A DNA stretch of 64,000 bases, from the IMG/VR virus record IMGVR_UViG_3300042691_029418; one strand, written 5' to 3'. The stretch is from an uncultured virus (IMG/VR IMGVR_UViG_3300042691_029418). Lineage: Duplodnaviria; Heunggongvirae; Uroviricota; Caudoviricetes. Under the pieces are notes generated by a model. It was not told the DNA's origin, did no database searches, and was given only the letters and a program-made list of their open reading frames with translations. The position numbers and the translations under genes were made by a program. Below, piece after piece: positions 41,108-52,787 of the stretch (position 1 is the stretch's first letter; each line of letters opens with the position of its first letter).

Positions 41108-44100
41108 TTATAACTGTTTAGGGAGTGCTCCAGTTTCATATCTTAATTTCAATCCTATACCTCTCCTTTGAACAGTTGCAAACGTAGTCAATCCAACATC
41201 TACACTGTTACCACTCACACCAATAGAAATTGGTGAATTTGATCTACTAGAAACAGTTAATCTACCCCATGAGAAATTACCAACTGGATTCAATTCTGTA
41301 CCAAATGTTGACAATCCTATGATATTTGAAGATGAGTGAACATTGCATGTAATAATACCTAGATTATTATCTCCAACAACACCAGACCAACTATGAATTT
41401 GATAGATATTATCTAGGTAAGTTGTACCAACCCCAACAACTGACGTATTAGATGTATTAATAGATGTAACACCAGATCCTATTGAAGTATTATAGATGTA
41501 GATTGGATTTCCTGTCTCCAATCCGACTAAGTTATTTGCATCCAGATTATTAATGTAGAATCTTAATGCCAATGAAGTCCCAATACCAGCACTAGTAGAT
41601 ATTCCAGTTACAACACCAGAAAAACCTTTAACCTCATTAACTCCACTCATTAACTCAACAAAACCTGTAGAAGTCGTTGTGCCTATACCAGAAAGTGGGG
41701 CATTTACAACTAAAATATCAAAGAGTTCTGGCGAAACAACGTTGTCATAATTAAAGAATTGTGCATCATCAACAAATATTTGTGTATCCGTAGATGAAAT
41801 ACTCTTAATAACTTTTGCTGCTGGATACACTTGAGTTTCCAGAGAATCTCTTGACTTATAAACAAATACACCATTTATCTTTTGCTCTTTCTTTTGTTTA
41901 GTCCAACTTATTGGTTTTTCAAATATTTCATCTATGCCAACTCCATTATAAAGATTAGTTTCAAATTTATCAGAATATGTGAGATTAAATATAGTTCTAT
42001 TGTTTTGAGTTACTGTATTCGGATACTTGTTGTTCTTATGTACTTTTACAGTATCTCCAGACTTTAAAGTTGGATATATGTCACTACTAACAGCACTATC
42101 ATCTCCAATAGTTCCTCTATAGAAGAAGATAGAAATTTCATCTTCTGCTTTTGGTGCTGTTGTCAATACAAAAGATGTTCCACCATTAAACAAATATGAA
42201 ACTCCTGGTTCTTGTAGAACACCATTAATAAAAATCAAAAGTAGATTTTGAAGTTCTATCGTCGAACCCTCATCCTTTTCAAAACTCAATAACTCACCAT
42301 TATAGTATAATGGGAAAGTTTGTCTCACACCATCTTGGTAATTTTTAATTGAGTCAATATAATTTAAGTTTCCAAATTGCCAAGCAGCAAAAGAATCTGA
42401 AAATGTATCTAAAACGGTTAGTGTGAACTCTGATAGTGGATTTGTTAATCTTCTATCTGTCATAAGTCCAACTGGTTTGAAAACATCACCCCTTCTAAAA
42501 GAGTATCCCTGTCTCGAAATATTAAATCCAGTCACTTGGAAATACGTTGATCCAATTCCTGTTGTTGAACTTGCTCCGACTTCAACATTTAGTAATAGTC
42601 CAAGTCCTGTTTCGGATGTTGTTCCAATGCCAATTCTAGAAATTCCTGTAACTTCTAAATTTTCATACGATGGATCGGAAACAAATATTTTAGGACTAAT
42701 GTATCCTGTTCCACCGATGCTAACTGCGAATGATAGTGTTCCACCAGCACCTACAACTGCCGAAATACTAGCAGCAGTTCCAACATGACCTTCCTCATAG
42801 ACTGTAACACCGATTGAAACTATACCATTATAACCAGATCCAACTATATCGGTTGTACCAAATCCTACGGATACAATTGAACCTCCAGCACCAACCACCG
42901 CAGTTACAGAGGCACCAACTAATGGTGCATATCCAAGTCCAGCAGATGAACCTAGAGAAACAATGATACCACCTCTAGGGATTTCATTTTGATTAATATC
43001 ATATTGCGAAATAATATCTTCATTTGGCCGTATGCTAGAAAATACTATACTCGTTACTCCCGAAGGCCCAGAAGTTTCAATAATTTTGAAATTATTTTCT
43101 GGATTATTTTCGGTTGTTGGTGATTGGAAAAGGCCATTTATCAGAACAATTCCATTTCCACCAGTTGTTCCTAGTCCGACAGTATTTGCACCACCAACGG
43201 TGAGTGTAAAGGTTCTTCCTATTCCATTGAAACTATTTGATATATTATCAAAAACTGTATTAGAAGAATAATCTTTTCTTAAAAATACTCTTCCAGTAAA
43301 TTCTGAAGTTTGGAACTCTAAATTACTAGAATCTCTTTCAATTTGTGGATTTCCTCTTGGTGATTCGGTAAAGTAAATATTATTACCTTCAATATTGTAT
43401 GCACCTCTATAAACTTTAACTTGAGAACCAGATAAGTGAGAAGTTGCGGAAGACCCAACAAATCCCCTATTCACTTCAACCAATGCTGTTGTTCCAATTC
43501 CAGTTATTGGACCAACACTTGTAGTGCCGAAACCAACACTAATTACATTCATATATTCATTATCAATCTTTAAAAGATCTCTTGGAAATACAGTGCTTAT
43601 TCCAGATAATGCAAATATTGTTGATGTTGATCCAATTCCAATAGGAAGTTGGTGTGATGATTTTACAAAAGATATTGGATATTGAATTACATCATCAATT
43701 GTTATGATTGTTTTTTCATTTTTCTTTACCATCTCAAATTGATGAGCATTTCCACCACCACGAGAAACAAAAGTGACTGCTGTTCCTGCTCTTGTTGTAG
43801 CAATTTGGAAACTGTCTTCGGTTTTATTGACAACGAATACTGAAGAAGGCAATGTAGCAGTAATTGCACCTAGTTTATAAACCATAGGTGTAGCTGCTAA
43901 ACCTACGATTGTGGACTTAGGGGTATAAATTAATTCTTCATCTTCACTGAAAAAGTGGTTTGATGAAGCAAACGTCCCTGCAATAGAAATTTGAGAATTG
44001 TCAGTTGGATCAAATTCTCTTGCGAAAACTTTTAATCCGTTTGAAGTTAGTGGGAAATCCTTTCTATTAATTCTTGTTCCACCTATTGCATTATAAAAAT

Positions 44101-47100
44101 CAACTCTAATGGATTCTTTCCCCAAAATAGTATCACCCTCAGCATAATTTAAATCTGGAGGTATATTAATTGAATCTATGGTTTGGTATAAGCACTTACT
44201 TAGGTTTGAAATAGAGAGATTTTGAGTTACTGCAGCATCTGGATAAAATTTCAGTACAAAATTATTTCCAGAATTTTCAAATGTTCCACCGAATGTTCCC
44301 AGTCCAATCATAGAGTCTGATGTGGATATACCACTTACAGATAAAAATTGCATCTGTTCAGTATAAACATCAACTCCGTCATGAATCATCATAACCTGAT
44401 GCAGTGCTTTTGTTGATCCAGCACTAACTTCCACCATTGTCTTAACGCAGTTGAATAATCCAGCATTTATATCGAGTATTGATGTCGATAATCCAGATGT
44501 TGTGGTTTGGTGATTCGAAATGTACACCGCACTTCTTTCCGATCCATCAGATCCTGCATTTTTAAATCTATAGATACTACCAACACCAACTGTGCTTGTA
44601 GTTCCAAATCCAACAATACTCGATTTTACTGTAACATTCCCCAATGCTAATGTATTTGTAAAGTTCAGAGATAAAATATTAGATTGTAAATTTGAACTAA
44701 ATGACCCTATAAAGTTACCGGAGTAACTATCTCGACCGCTGTTATCAAAATAATATTCGGATATAAATGTGTCTACCCCATTCTGAGCGACATATAGTTC
44801 TACGAAGTTAATCTCATTTGTTAAGTCATTTATAACTTGAACAGAAGCATGAAGTGATTCGAATGAAGTTGATGCTAAAGAAACAATATTTGTCGTTATT
44901 CCTGGGGCAGATCTGTCGATAGAATTAAATAGATTTATGAACCCAATAGATGTTGATGCAATTCCTACTGTATTTGCATCAAAATAGCTTTGAATCCATT
45001 TCAAATCATAATCTTTATCGTAAGAATTTACGGGAGTGAATCTTAAATGAACTTCTTCAAATTCATTTTCTTCGATCGAAAAATCTCCAATTTTTTCTCC
45101 AGAGAAGTGTGTCAATCCAACTCCAGAATTTACAATAGTGCCTTTTTCAAGAATTGAAATATCAGTTCCATCATTCAAGATAATTAAGTCAGAAAATTGT
45201 ATTTCTGTACTATCTGAAGATGTAACTCTAACTAAAACATTAATATAAGAATTGTTTTGTTCATCTAAATTAATCAGATTCAAAAACTCGAAGGGACTTG
45301 TTTCTAGATTTGAAAATAGTCTATTAATATTATCTAATTTTAATACATTATTAGTTGCATTATTAATATATGGAGTTAATATTTTATTTTCTAATTTTAA
45401 AAATTTAGAATAATTATTAACAACATCAATATCTTTTGACAAATCAAAATTATAAATTGTGTCTACTCGTTGCTCTTCAATAATATCTCTGATTATTGTA
45501 GTTGCATTTTCACTTCCAATTCCAACAGAGGTTATAGATGTTATACCCGTATCACTAAAGTTTTTTGTTCCTACAGTATGCAATAAATTGTTTACTGGAG
45601 TTTTAAATTCTTCATATGTAATAGGACTCTTAATTGTGTATGATAGATTTTGATAATAATTATTATCCGGTATTACCTGAGTATCATCATTTAGAATTCC
45701 AACATTATTAGACCAACCAATATTTTTATCCGTTGAAAAATCAATTTTAAATCTACCAAGATTTTCTTTAATATCTTGAACAGTAGCAGTTGTTCCAGAT
45801 TCTTTCCCTTTAAATGTCTCGCCAAATGACAATTCGTAAGATCCAACAACTTTAATAAAAGATTGATCATAATATACGATTTTTAAATCTCTCTCAACTT
45901 CATCTGAAATAATTTTTTCTCCAATTATAAATGGTGCTCTATTTTTGGAGAACTCAAATGTTGGGTAAGTTTTTTTATTAACAATTACAGGGATGAAATC
46001 CTGAATTGTTTTTGCAATTCCTGTGTTTGTGGTTATTCCAGAAACATCAATAACAATTTTGGCTAAAATACCAGTGATATCATCAAAACTGGTAACATTT
46101 AAAAACTGATATCCATAATCTTCCGAATTAAATCCGTCCCCGTCAACACTTTCCTTTTGAATTCCTTCAACAAATACTTCATCTCCTGCTTGGAATGGAT
46201 CAGGATTAAATCCACCAACTGGTTTTGAAATAAAACAAGTAAATATCCCACTAGCAGACGATTGAACTTGCTGAATACTAAATCCATTTGTATTGTTTAT
46301 TGCAAATAAACTCACTTCAGTATCTGGAATACCTTTTGGACTTTGTACAATCTTTACTGAAGATACTGAAGATCCAGACAAAGAAGCTTCCAAAATCCCA
46401 CTATCAATTTTTTCACCAGTCAGACTATTGACTATAGCAATAGATGGTGGATTAACATAGCCAGATCCTCCACTAGTAACAGTCACAACACCAATTGTGT
46501 TTGAATCTTTTATAGCAACTTGGGGGGAAATATATGAAACTGGTTGTAAAGTTGGATCTGATGGATATTCAAATCCTTCATTTATGAGTTTGAGTTCTTT
46601 GATATCACCTATATTTTTTGTTTTACAGAAAACATTTGCATCTATCCCATCAGTTGAATTTATTTTAGTAACAAAAGGAATTGTCTTGGAATTTGATCCC
46701 TTTGAAATTATACTAATTTTTTTGATAGATCCTTTTGCATTTAATGAATTTGTAAAATACTCAAGATTATCACATTCGGTTCTTGCATATGATACTCTTT
46801 CCGGATTTTTTTGAAGATGTATGTTGAATGTCGTTGTGCCGACTCCAGAAATTACATAGTCATTATTATAAAAACTATTAATAAATTCAATTCGATTATA
46901 GTTGGTAACCTCAGTATCAGCAGTGCTTATATATCCAACCTTCTCTAAGTTATAAAATAAATTAGTTGGAAAATCTTCACTGTAGTTGAGTGTTAATGAA
47001 GCATTAGTAGAAATCCCTACGGTTCCTACACCAGATACATTAAATGATGTGCTAGATGCTGTCGATACAAATTCATTTTTAAAATCTTTATCATTATAAA

Positions 47101-50100
47101 TTTTTAAATTATATCCAATTAGAGAAGAGTCTGATAGATCAAAAACTAAACTATTGTTTTTAATTACTTGAATTTGTGGATTTATCAAAGAAATTGACTG
47201 AGCAGAGCCACCAGTGCTCGCAATGCTCACTACGACTGGAGAGTCAGTTCTAACAGAATCAATGTAAGTTTGACATACTTTTATCTTATTTTCATCAACT
47301 TTATAAACATAATAAAATCCGGTGGTTAATCCAGATGCTACAGTATTAGCACTATATTTTACTTTATCACCAGTTTTTAAATTATGTTTTGGAATAGTTA
47401 TTTCATTGGTCGTCGTATTAATACCTAAAGAACTAAATCCTACAGGATTAACTAAAATAAATTTACTGTCAATATCATTCTTTAGTCTTAAAACCGTTGA
47501 AGTTCCTATTCCTACGTTTAGACTTGGTTTTACATTTAATGTAATGATATCATCATTTTCTAGTTCATGTGCAGTAGAAACTGATACTGTGGTTTTATAT
47601 CTCTGTATAGTTCCTCTGAACTGATCAAAAATACTTTCAATAGAGTATTCGTCATTATCAGCACCATTACTGTGGAAGAATAATTCTGGGGCAGTGAATG
47701 AAGTTTTTAAACCTATTAGATTAATACTCTTATTTACAACATAAAACTCTTGTGAAGTCCCACTAGATGGAATTGAATATGTGCTTGATCCATCTGTAGA
47801 AACTGAAATATTTCCACTAGGTAAAGTAAATAGAATTCTTTGGTTGGTCGTGAAGGGATGATTTTCTAAATAAATTCCTTTTACTGGAATGTCTCTAGTA
47901 ACCGTAGAATCTCCAAAATTAAACGACACTGAATTACTTGTACCGAGTGTTGTACCAACTCCAACGGATTCTCTCGGATTGAAGAAGACTTTATCATTTA
48001 CTTTTGAATTGAAATAGTCTAAGTTTGTTGCAATTGTAAATGAGTCTGGAAATACTGAAATTGTAGATGAAGCTATGTGAGAAGATCCAGCACCAGTTAA
48101 TCCTCTTTGTACCTTTATAATATTCTCATTTCTGAAAATACCAAGAACTTTCAACGTTTCAGTTCCAATTCCAATACTACTTCCAACTGAAAGAGAATTT
48201 GGAATTTGTGAGACGTATATTTCAGTAGATCCAATAGAAGTTGCTTGAGGAATATCCCTTACAACTGTAGAACTTTCTGAAGATACACCAATCTTGTAAA
48301 ATCCGTCCAATGTTGTAAGATTAGTAGAAAATCCTGATAAAGTTACATAATCATCATTCTTAAAAGTATGATATGGCAATATCGTTATTTTTGCCTGATT
48401 TTGATTATTCCACGAAACAATAGCATTATTATAAATTTCTGCCACTGTTACAATATTTTGAATTTCTTTTCCATTTATTGAAGAAACTTGGGCAGATATT
48501 TGAATATCGTCATTATTAATAAATTCTAATGAATCATTAACTTTATAGTCAGATCCAGAATTAACAATATCAAAACCACTAATAACACCACTTGAAACAG
48601 AATCTACGGTTAAAAGTTGGTTTTTCAAATCCAAGTAACTTGGAATGAAATCATTTTCAATATTTGGATCAATTAGTTTATATGGATGGGTATTTCTTAA
48701 TAGATCAGAATCAGCAAAATCAAATGATTGATCTAAAGAAGAATTTTCACTTAATGTATTTGATCTATATGAATCTCCAATAAAATATGGGAACTTTGGT
48801 TCTGAATTTATACTATCAATTGGTGAAAAATATGCATAAACACCATTTGGAAATTCTGGTGTTTTGCAAAATCTTCCATTATGAATATCCAAATCTCCAC
48901 TTCCATCATAACGATAATCTTCGATAAAGAATCCAGAATCAAACCCCAATGGTCTGTCAATATATGAGGTATCTAATATATAACCTGAGGTTAAAAGTCT
49001 TATGGAAGTAGTGTTTTCTGGAGTATTATATCCATATGCACCATAAATTGGATTTCCGTCATATGCCCATCCAATAATTTTTGAATGGAATACTCCATCA
49101 TCTGCAAAACAATTTTGTAAAGTGCTAAAGTATCCGGACACTGAATACTTTAATTTATTATTTAAAGTTTCTGTATAAATTTCTGAATTAAATCTCTTAG
49201 TGTCATTGACTGTTAGATCTCTAATAGATACATCGAAGATTGCGTTAGATCCAGCAGAGACGACTTTAATTTTTGAACTAGTTGAATATCCGATACCAGA
49301 ATTGGTGACAGTAACACTCGTAATTTTTCCACCACTAATTGTAGGTACTAGTTCCGCTCCACTACCAGTTCCGGTTGGATCTTCTACAATAAGATCTGGT
49401 AGAGAATAGTATTCTTTACCACCATATTCAACTCTTACAGAATTAATGGTTCCATTAATAATATTTGGGACCATCTTGGCATCCTTTCCATTCTGAATAG
49501 TAATAATCGGTTTCTTTTCAAAATTTAAAATAGATGATCCATATCCAGTACCAGGTTCATAAAGATAAGCATCAATTATGTTTCCTCTAACTTTGGGAGT
49601 TATTTGAATAGTCTGACTTGTATCAATACCTGTTGCTATAAATTCTACAAAAACAGAGATTTGTGGATAACTAAAATATTGATATCCAGTTCCAATAGAA
49701 GAAAACTTAACATAATTTTTCCTTTCATAATTTGATTTTATTGTTGCTCCAATACCAGCATCACAAATTCTAAAAGAATCATCATTAACTTTCAAAACGT
49801 AAAACTGATTAGATGTATTTGTGGAAATACCCGATATTGCAGATGTTTGATAAGCATAGGTAACTAAGTCACCATCGTTGAATCCATGATTTTTAAAATT
49901 AACTGTATGATTAAAAGTAGAGATTCCTGTTGGTTTAACAATTAACTTTCTGTTTGCATATTGTTGACCACCATCGATTACCTTAATTTCAGTAAGAGTG
50001 TTTTTACTAGATGATGTATAAAACTTGTGAATACCAGAAGTATTATTTGTATTAAATCCTACAGTGTTGATACCTAATGAATAGTCTGAAAAGGATTGAT

Positions 50101-52786
50101 ATAATTTAACCGTTAAATCACTAGTTGATTTCACATAATATGGTGACTTACTAATCAATGTAGAACTTCCTACACCTATTCCAACTCCTAAATTTCCATT
50201 TGAACTGTAAATTACCTCTTCACCATTCAAAAAATTGTGTTTGGTTAAAAATGTAAGTTGTCCGGTAGTTGTATTGATGCCTCCAGAGTTAGTCGTAGTC
50301 CTTGCATCAAAGAAAACTTCTCTTACTCTTTTTTTAACAATCGGTTCTAAAATTGCACCAAATCCATTTCCGCCACTGACTCCTATAGAAACTATATTCT
50401 GAATATCAAAACTTTGATCCTCAACATAAGTTTTCTCAATTGATCCACTCACAACAGGTTGAATAAATGCCGTAGATCCAATTCCTGAAGAAACTGATAT
50501 AAACGGTAAATTTATGACATCATAATCATTTCCACCATTTAAAATTCTAACAGAATTTAATGGTCCATAGTAAATTTTATCTAATGACTTATAGTTACTA
50601 ATCTCTACACCGTTGACTAATAACCCAATAGATCCTGGTAGAGTTTTTTCATCCGTTCCATTAACAATATTACTTGTAAGTGGAAATTTTTTAAGTGATT
50701 TTTGAGGTCCTATTTCACCTGATCTTTGAGAATATAATGTAAATCTGTGAGTTCCTACTCCAGAAATGTAAGGAGAATTGAAAGACAGATAATTTGAACT
50801 TCCTACAAGAGATTGAGATGAATATAATCTTATTCTCTTTTTGTTTGATTCTAAAACTTCAACATAATATGATCCAGTTTCTAACCCTACAAGTGAGTCT
50901 TGTTCTGGTTGATAGAAAATTCGATCCCCTGTCAAGAAAGGAACATCATTTGGAAAAGCAATTATTGTGAAGTCATCATCTACTTTACCAGTTAAAATTC
51001 CAGTATTATTGTCAATATAGTTGGTGTTTAAATTTTTTGTTATTTGATAATAATATGGAATCGATAATCCCCTATTATTTGATGGTAAAGAATTAGATGC
51101 GACATATGCATAATCATTATCAGTATATAAATTACTTACATCGGATATAATAGAATCATTGCCATAAACAAGAGGAACGTTTAAACTGCTGGCTTTGCTA
51201 ACTTTTCTTCTTAAATCATATTTTACATCAGGATTTGGAGTAAAATCAAATCCAAATAATTTAATGGATTTTGAATTGTCCTGAATTTCTTCATTTACAT
51301 ATGTTGTAAAGACAACGTTTAATGTATCTCTTTCCAATATCTCAATTTCATCACCATATTTTAAACTAGTTCTATCAATAGATGACTTGAGATTTATAGT
51401 TTTTGGTCCATTAAAGTTATCGATGTGATATCTTGAATTTGAATTGTAGAACCAAGAATTGACTAATATTTCTTTAAACGTTCTTACACCAAATTTAGAT
51501 TGGCCAATTGGGTTTCCAAGACTCTTAACATAGACAAAATCACCTTCAGAAACACCATTCAGGGATTCTGATATCTGAGTAAAATCTGATAGTGATCCGA
51601 TTATTCTAAATTCAACTTTTTTAGAAATGTCACCATTTTCATATCCAATGTAAATATCATTTGTTCTTATATCATCTGTCTGTTCAATTTCAGATTCTAC
51701 ACCAGAACATCCAAAAAATTGGTTGACACTCTTACCCGTATAAGTAATTGTGTTTATTCCTGAGATAATTGTCCCTGATTCTGGAAAACCAATTGTAGAG
51801 TCTACAGAAATTACAGAAGAACCCACAGAAACAGTCTCTAGGCATTTTGTAGATGGAGTAACACTAAACTCACCCTGAACAGTTGGAAAGTCATCATACC
51901 CAACAAATAGAGATAGTCTATAATATTTTTTTCTATTTCTAGTAACAACTTCAACTTCTGATACTGATGCATTTGTAGTTGGATCGAATTTTTTTTGAAT
52001 TGTTTGCCCAGCTAACTTATTTGGTTCACCAGAAATTCTCTCTATCAAAACAACTTTCCTTCTAGTAAATTCTGCTGAAGAAGGCTTGATCAGAAAATTT
52101 TCTAAATTAACAACAGTAGCATTGACACCATACAAAACCTTGAATAAAATTTTAAAAGACTCATCAGTTCCTTTTGCTTTATAAAAAGATCTTGCTTCTT
52201 TTATAAAATTACCAACATTAAGATCAGATACAAAATCTAAATCTTCTAATCCTGGAGTAAGAGAATATTTTAATTTTTTATAGAACTCTTTTAGAAATAG
52301 AGAACTTAAATTTTGGACCACTGCAGATTGCTCATGAGATTCTGCAGTGGAGGTTTTAAACAATAATTCTTCTTGATTTAATTCTTGATGATAACTTGTA
52401 ATTCCACTGAATCCTCTCTGACAGTTAATGAAAGAATTTGTGGTAATTCCAGTATAAGTGATAATTTCATTATCAATTTTTAATAAACCATATTGTTTTG
52501 GAAATCCCTTCGTACTGTTTACACTAATTGTAATCTTATTGGAAGTTCCTATACCAGACGTTAGATATGTGCTATCAACAATAACTTCTGGTATAAGATT
52601 ATCTAACTTTAAATATTGATCTAAATTCTCGGCGACATCAACTGGACCACTCTGATATTCTTGAGATATGTAATATTGTTTTAAAAACTCCGAAGCTTTT
52701 GGATTTTCATCCAAAATAAAACTTGGAAGTTGATTTTCAATAACTTGATAAACTTTAACTCTTGAATCAAACCCAGTTTGTATCAT
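41108..52786 (-). CDS. gp7: Very large baseplate wedge initiator, 3892 aa
   Basis: QLPSF..FLKQYY, FYKAKGT, DNNYYQNLSY; internal HSKIIGWAYDGNPIYG...LDIHNGR (YHYH-like) domain; between gp6 and gp8. Confidence 0.85.
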   Translation of the reverse strand: MIQTGFDSRVKVYQVIENQLPSFILDENPKASEFLKQYYISQEYQSGPVDVAENLDQYLKLDNLIPEVIVDSTYLTSGIGTSNKITISVNSTKGFPKQYGLLKIDNEIITYTGITTNSFINCQRGFSGITSYHQELNQEELLFKTSTAESHEQSAVVQNLSSLFLKEFYKKLKYSLTPGLEDLDFVSDLNVGNFIKEARSFYKAKGTDESFKILFKVLYGVNATVVNLENFLIKPSSAEFTRRKVVLIERISGEPNKLAGQTIQKKFDPTTNASVSEVEVVTRNRKKYYRLSLFVGYDDFPTVQGEFSVTPSTKCLETVSVGSSVISVDSTIGFPESGTIISGINTITYTGKSVNQFFGCSGVESEIEQTDDIRTNDIYIGYENGDISKKVEFRIIGSLSDFTQISESLNGVSEGDFVYVKSLGNPIGQSKFGVRTFKEILVNSWFYNSNSRYHIDNFNGPKTINLKSSIDRTSLKYGDEIEILERDTLNVVFTTYVNEEIQDNSKSIKLFGFDFTPNPDVKYDLRRKVSKASSLNVPLVYGNDSIISDVSNLYTDNDYAYVASNSLPSNNRGLSIPYYYQITKNLNTNYIDNNTGILTGKVDDDFTIIAFPNDVPFLTGDRIFYQPEQDSLVGLETGSYYVEVLESNKKRIRLYSSQSLVGSSNYLSFNSPYISGVGTHRFTLYSQRSGEIGPQKSLKKFPLTSNIVNGTDEKTLPGSIGLLVNGVEISNYKSLDKIYYGPLNSVRILNGGNDYDVINLPFISVSSGIGSTAFIQPVVSGSIEKTYVEDQSFDIQNIVSIGVSGGNGFGAILEPIVKKRVREVFFDARTTTNSGGINTTTGQLTFLTKHNFLNGEEVIYSSNGNLGVGIGVGSSTLISKSPYYVKSTSDLTVKLYQSFSDYSLGINTVGFNTNNTSGIHKFYTSSSKNTLTEIKVIDGGQQYANRKLIVKPTGISTFNHTVNFKNHGFNDGDLVTYAYQTSAISGISTNTSNQFYVLKVNDDSFRICDAGIGATIKSNYERKNYVKFSSIGTGYQYFSYPQISVFVEFIATGIDTSQTIQITPKVRGNIIDAYLYEPGTGYGSSILNFEKKPIITIQNGKDAKMVPNIINGTINSVRVEYGGKEYYSLPDLIVEDPTGTGSGAELVPTISGGKITSVTVTNSGIGYSTSSKIKVVSAGSNAIFDVSIRDLTVNDTKRFNSEIYTETLNNKLKYSVSGYFSTLQNCFADDGVFHSKIIGWAYDGNPIYGAYGYNTPENTTSIRLLTSGYILDTSYIDRPLGFDSGFFIEDYRYDGSGDLDIHNGRFCKTPEFPNGVYAYFSPIDSINSEPKFPYFIGDSYRSNTLSENSSLDQSFDFADSDLLRNTHPYKLIDPNIENDFIPSYLDLKNQLLTVDSVSSGVISGFDIVNSGSDYKVNDSLEFINNDDIQISAQVSSINGKEIQNIVTVAEIYNNAIVSWNNQNQAKITILPYHTFKNDDYVTLSGFSTNLTTLDGFYKIGVSSESSTVVRDIPQATSIGSTEIYVSQIPNSLSVGSSIGIGTETLKVLGIFRNENIIKVQRGLTGAGSSHIASSTISVFPDSFTIATNLDYFNSKVNDKVFFNPRESVGVGTTLGTSNSVSFNFGDSTVTRDIPVKGIYLENHPFTTNQRILFTLPSGNISVSTDGSSTYSIPSSGTSQEFYVVNKSINLIGLKTSFTAPELFFHSNGADNDEYSIESIFDQFRGTIQRYKTTVSVSTAHELENDDIITLNVKPSLNVGIGTSTVLRLKNDIDSKFILVNPVGFSSLGINTTTNEITIPKHNLKTGDKVKYSANTVASGLTTGFYYVYKVDENKIKVCQTYIDSVRTDSPVVVSIASTGGSAQSISLINPQIQVIKNNSLVFDLSDSSLIGYNLKIYNDKDFKNEFVSTASSTSFNVSGVGTVGISTNASLTLNYSEDFPTNLFYNLEKVGYISTADTEVTNYNRIEFINSFYNNDYVISGVGTTTFNIHLQKNPERVSYARTECDNLEYFTNSLNAKGSIKKISIISKGSNSKTIPFVTKINSTDGIDANVFCKTKNIGDIKELKLINEGFEYPSDPTLQPVSYISPQVAIKDSNTIGVVTVTSGGSGYVNPPSIAIVNSLTGEKIDSGILEASLSGSSVSSVKIVQSPKGIPDTEVSLFAINNTNGFSIQQVQSSASGIFTCFISKPVGGFNPDPFQAGDEVFVEGIQKESVDGDGFNSEDYGYQFLNVTSFDDITGILAKIVIDVSGITTNTGIAKTIQDFIPVIVNKKTYPTFEFSKNRAPFIIGEKIISDEVERDLKIVYYDQSFIKVVGSYELSFGETFKGKESGTTATVQDIKENLGRFKIDFSTDKNIGWSNNVGILNDDTQVIPDNNYYQNLSYTIKSPITYEEFKTPVNNLLHTVGTKNFSDTGITSITSVGIGSENATTIIRDIIEEQRVDTIYNFDLSKDIDVVNNYSKFLKLENKILTPYINNATNNVLKLDNINRLFSNLETSPFEFLNLINLDEQNNSYINVLVRVTSSDSTEIQFSDLIILNDGTDISILEKGTIVNSGVGLTHFSGEKIGDFSIEENEFEEVHLRFTPVNSYDKDYDLKWIQSYFDANTVGIASTSIGFINLFNSIDRSAPGITTNIVSLASTSFESLHASVQVINDLTNEINFVELYVAQNGVDTFISEYYFDNSGRDSYSGNFIGSFSSNLQSNILSLNFTNTLALGNVTVKSSIVGFGTTSTVGVGSIYRFKNAGSDGSERSAVYISNHQTTTSGLSTSILDINAGLFNCVKTMVEVSAGSTKALHQVMMIHDGVDVYTEQMQFLSVSGISTSDSMIGLGTFGGTFENSGNNFVLKFYPDAAVTQNLSISNLSKCLYQTIDSINIPPDLNYAEGDTILGKESIRVDFYNAIGGTRINRKDFPLTSNGLKVFAREFDPTDNSQISIAGTFASSNHFFSEDEELIYTPKSTIVGLAATPMVYKLGAITATLPSSVFVVNKTEDSFQIATTRAGTAVTFVSRGGGNAHQFEMVKKNEKTIITIDDVIQYPISFVKSSHQLPIGIGSTSTIFALSGISTVFPRDLLKIDNEYMNVISVGFGTTSVGPITGIGTTALVEVNRGFVGSSATSHLSGSQVKVYRGAYNIEGNNIYFTESPRGNPQIERDSSNLEFQTSEFTGRVFLRKDYSSNTVFDNISNSFNGIGRTFTLTVGGANTVGLGTTGGNGIVLINGLFQSPTTENNPENNFKIIETSGPSGVTSIVFSSIRPNEDIISQYDINQNEIPRGGIIVSLGSSAGLGYAPLVGASVTAVVGAGGSIVSVGFGTTDIVGSGYNGIVSIGVTVYEEGHVGTAASISAVVGAGGTLSFAVSIGGTGYISPKIFVSDPSYENLEVTGISRIGIGTTSETGLGLLLNVEVGASSTTGIGSTYFQVTGFNISRQGYSFRRGDVFKPVGLMTDRRLTNPLSEFTLTVLDTFSDSFAAWQFGNLNYIDSIKNYQDGVRQTFPLYYNGELLSFEKDEGSTIELQNLLLIFINGVLQEPGVSYLFNGGTSFVLTTAPKAEDEISIFFYRGTIGDDSAVSSDIYPTLKSGDTVKVHKNNKYPNTVTQNNRTIFNLTYSDKFETNLYNGVGIDEIFEKPISWTKQKKEQKINGVFVYKSRDSLETQVYPAAKVIKSISSTDTQIFVDDAQFFNYDNVVSPELFDILVVNAPLSGIGTTTSTGFVELMSGVNEVKGFSGVVTGISTSAGIGTSLALRFYINNLDANNLVGLETGNPIYIYNTSIGSGVTSINTSNTSVVGVGTTYLDNIYQIHSWSGVVGDNNLGIITCNVHSSSNIIGLSTFGTELNPVGNFSWGRLTVSSRSNSPISIGVSGNSVDVGLTTFATVQRRGIGLKLRYETGALPKQL

Positions 52787-52787
52787 A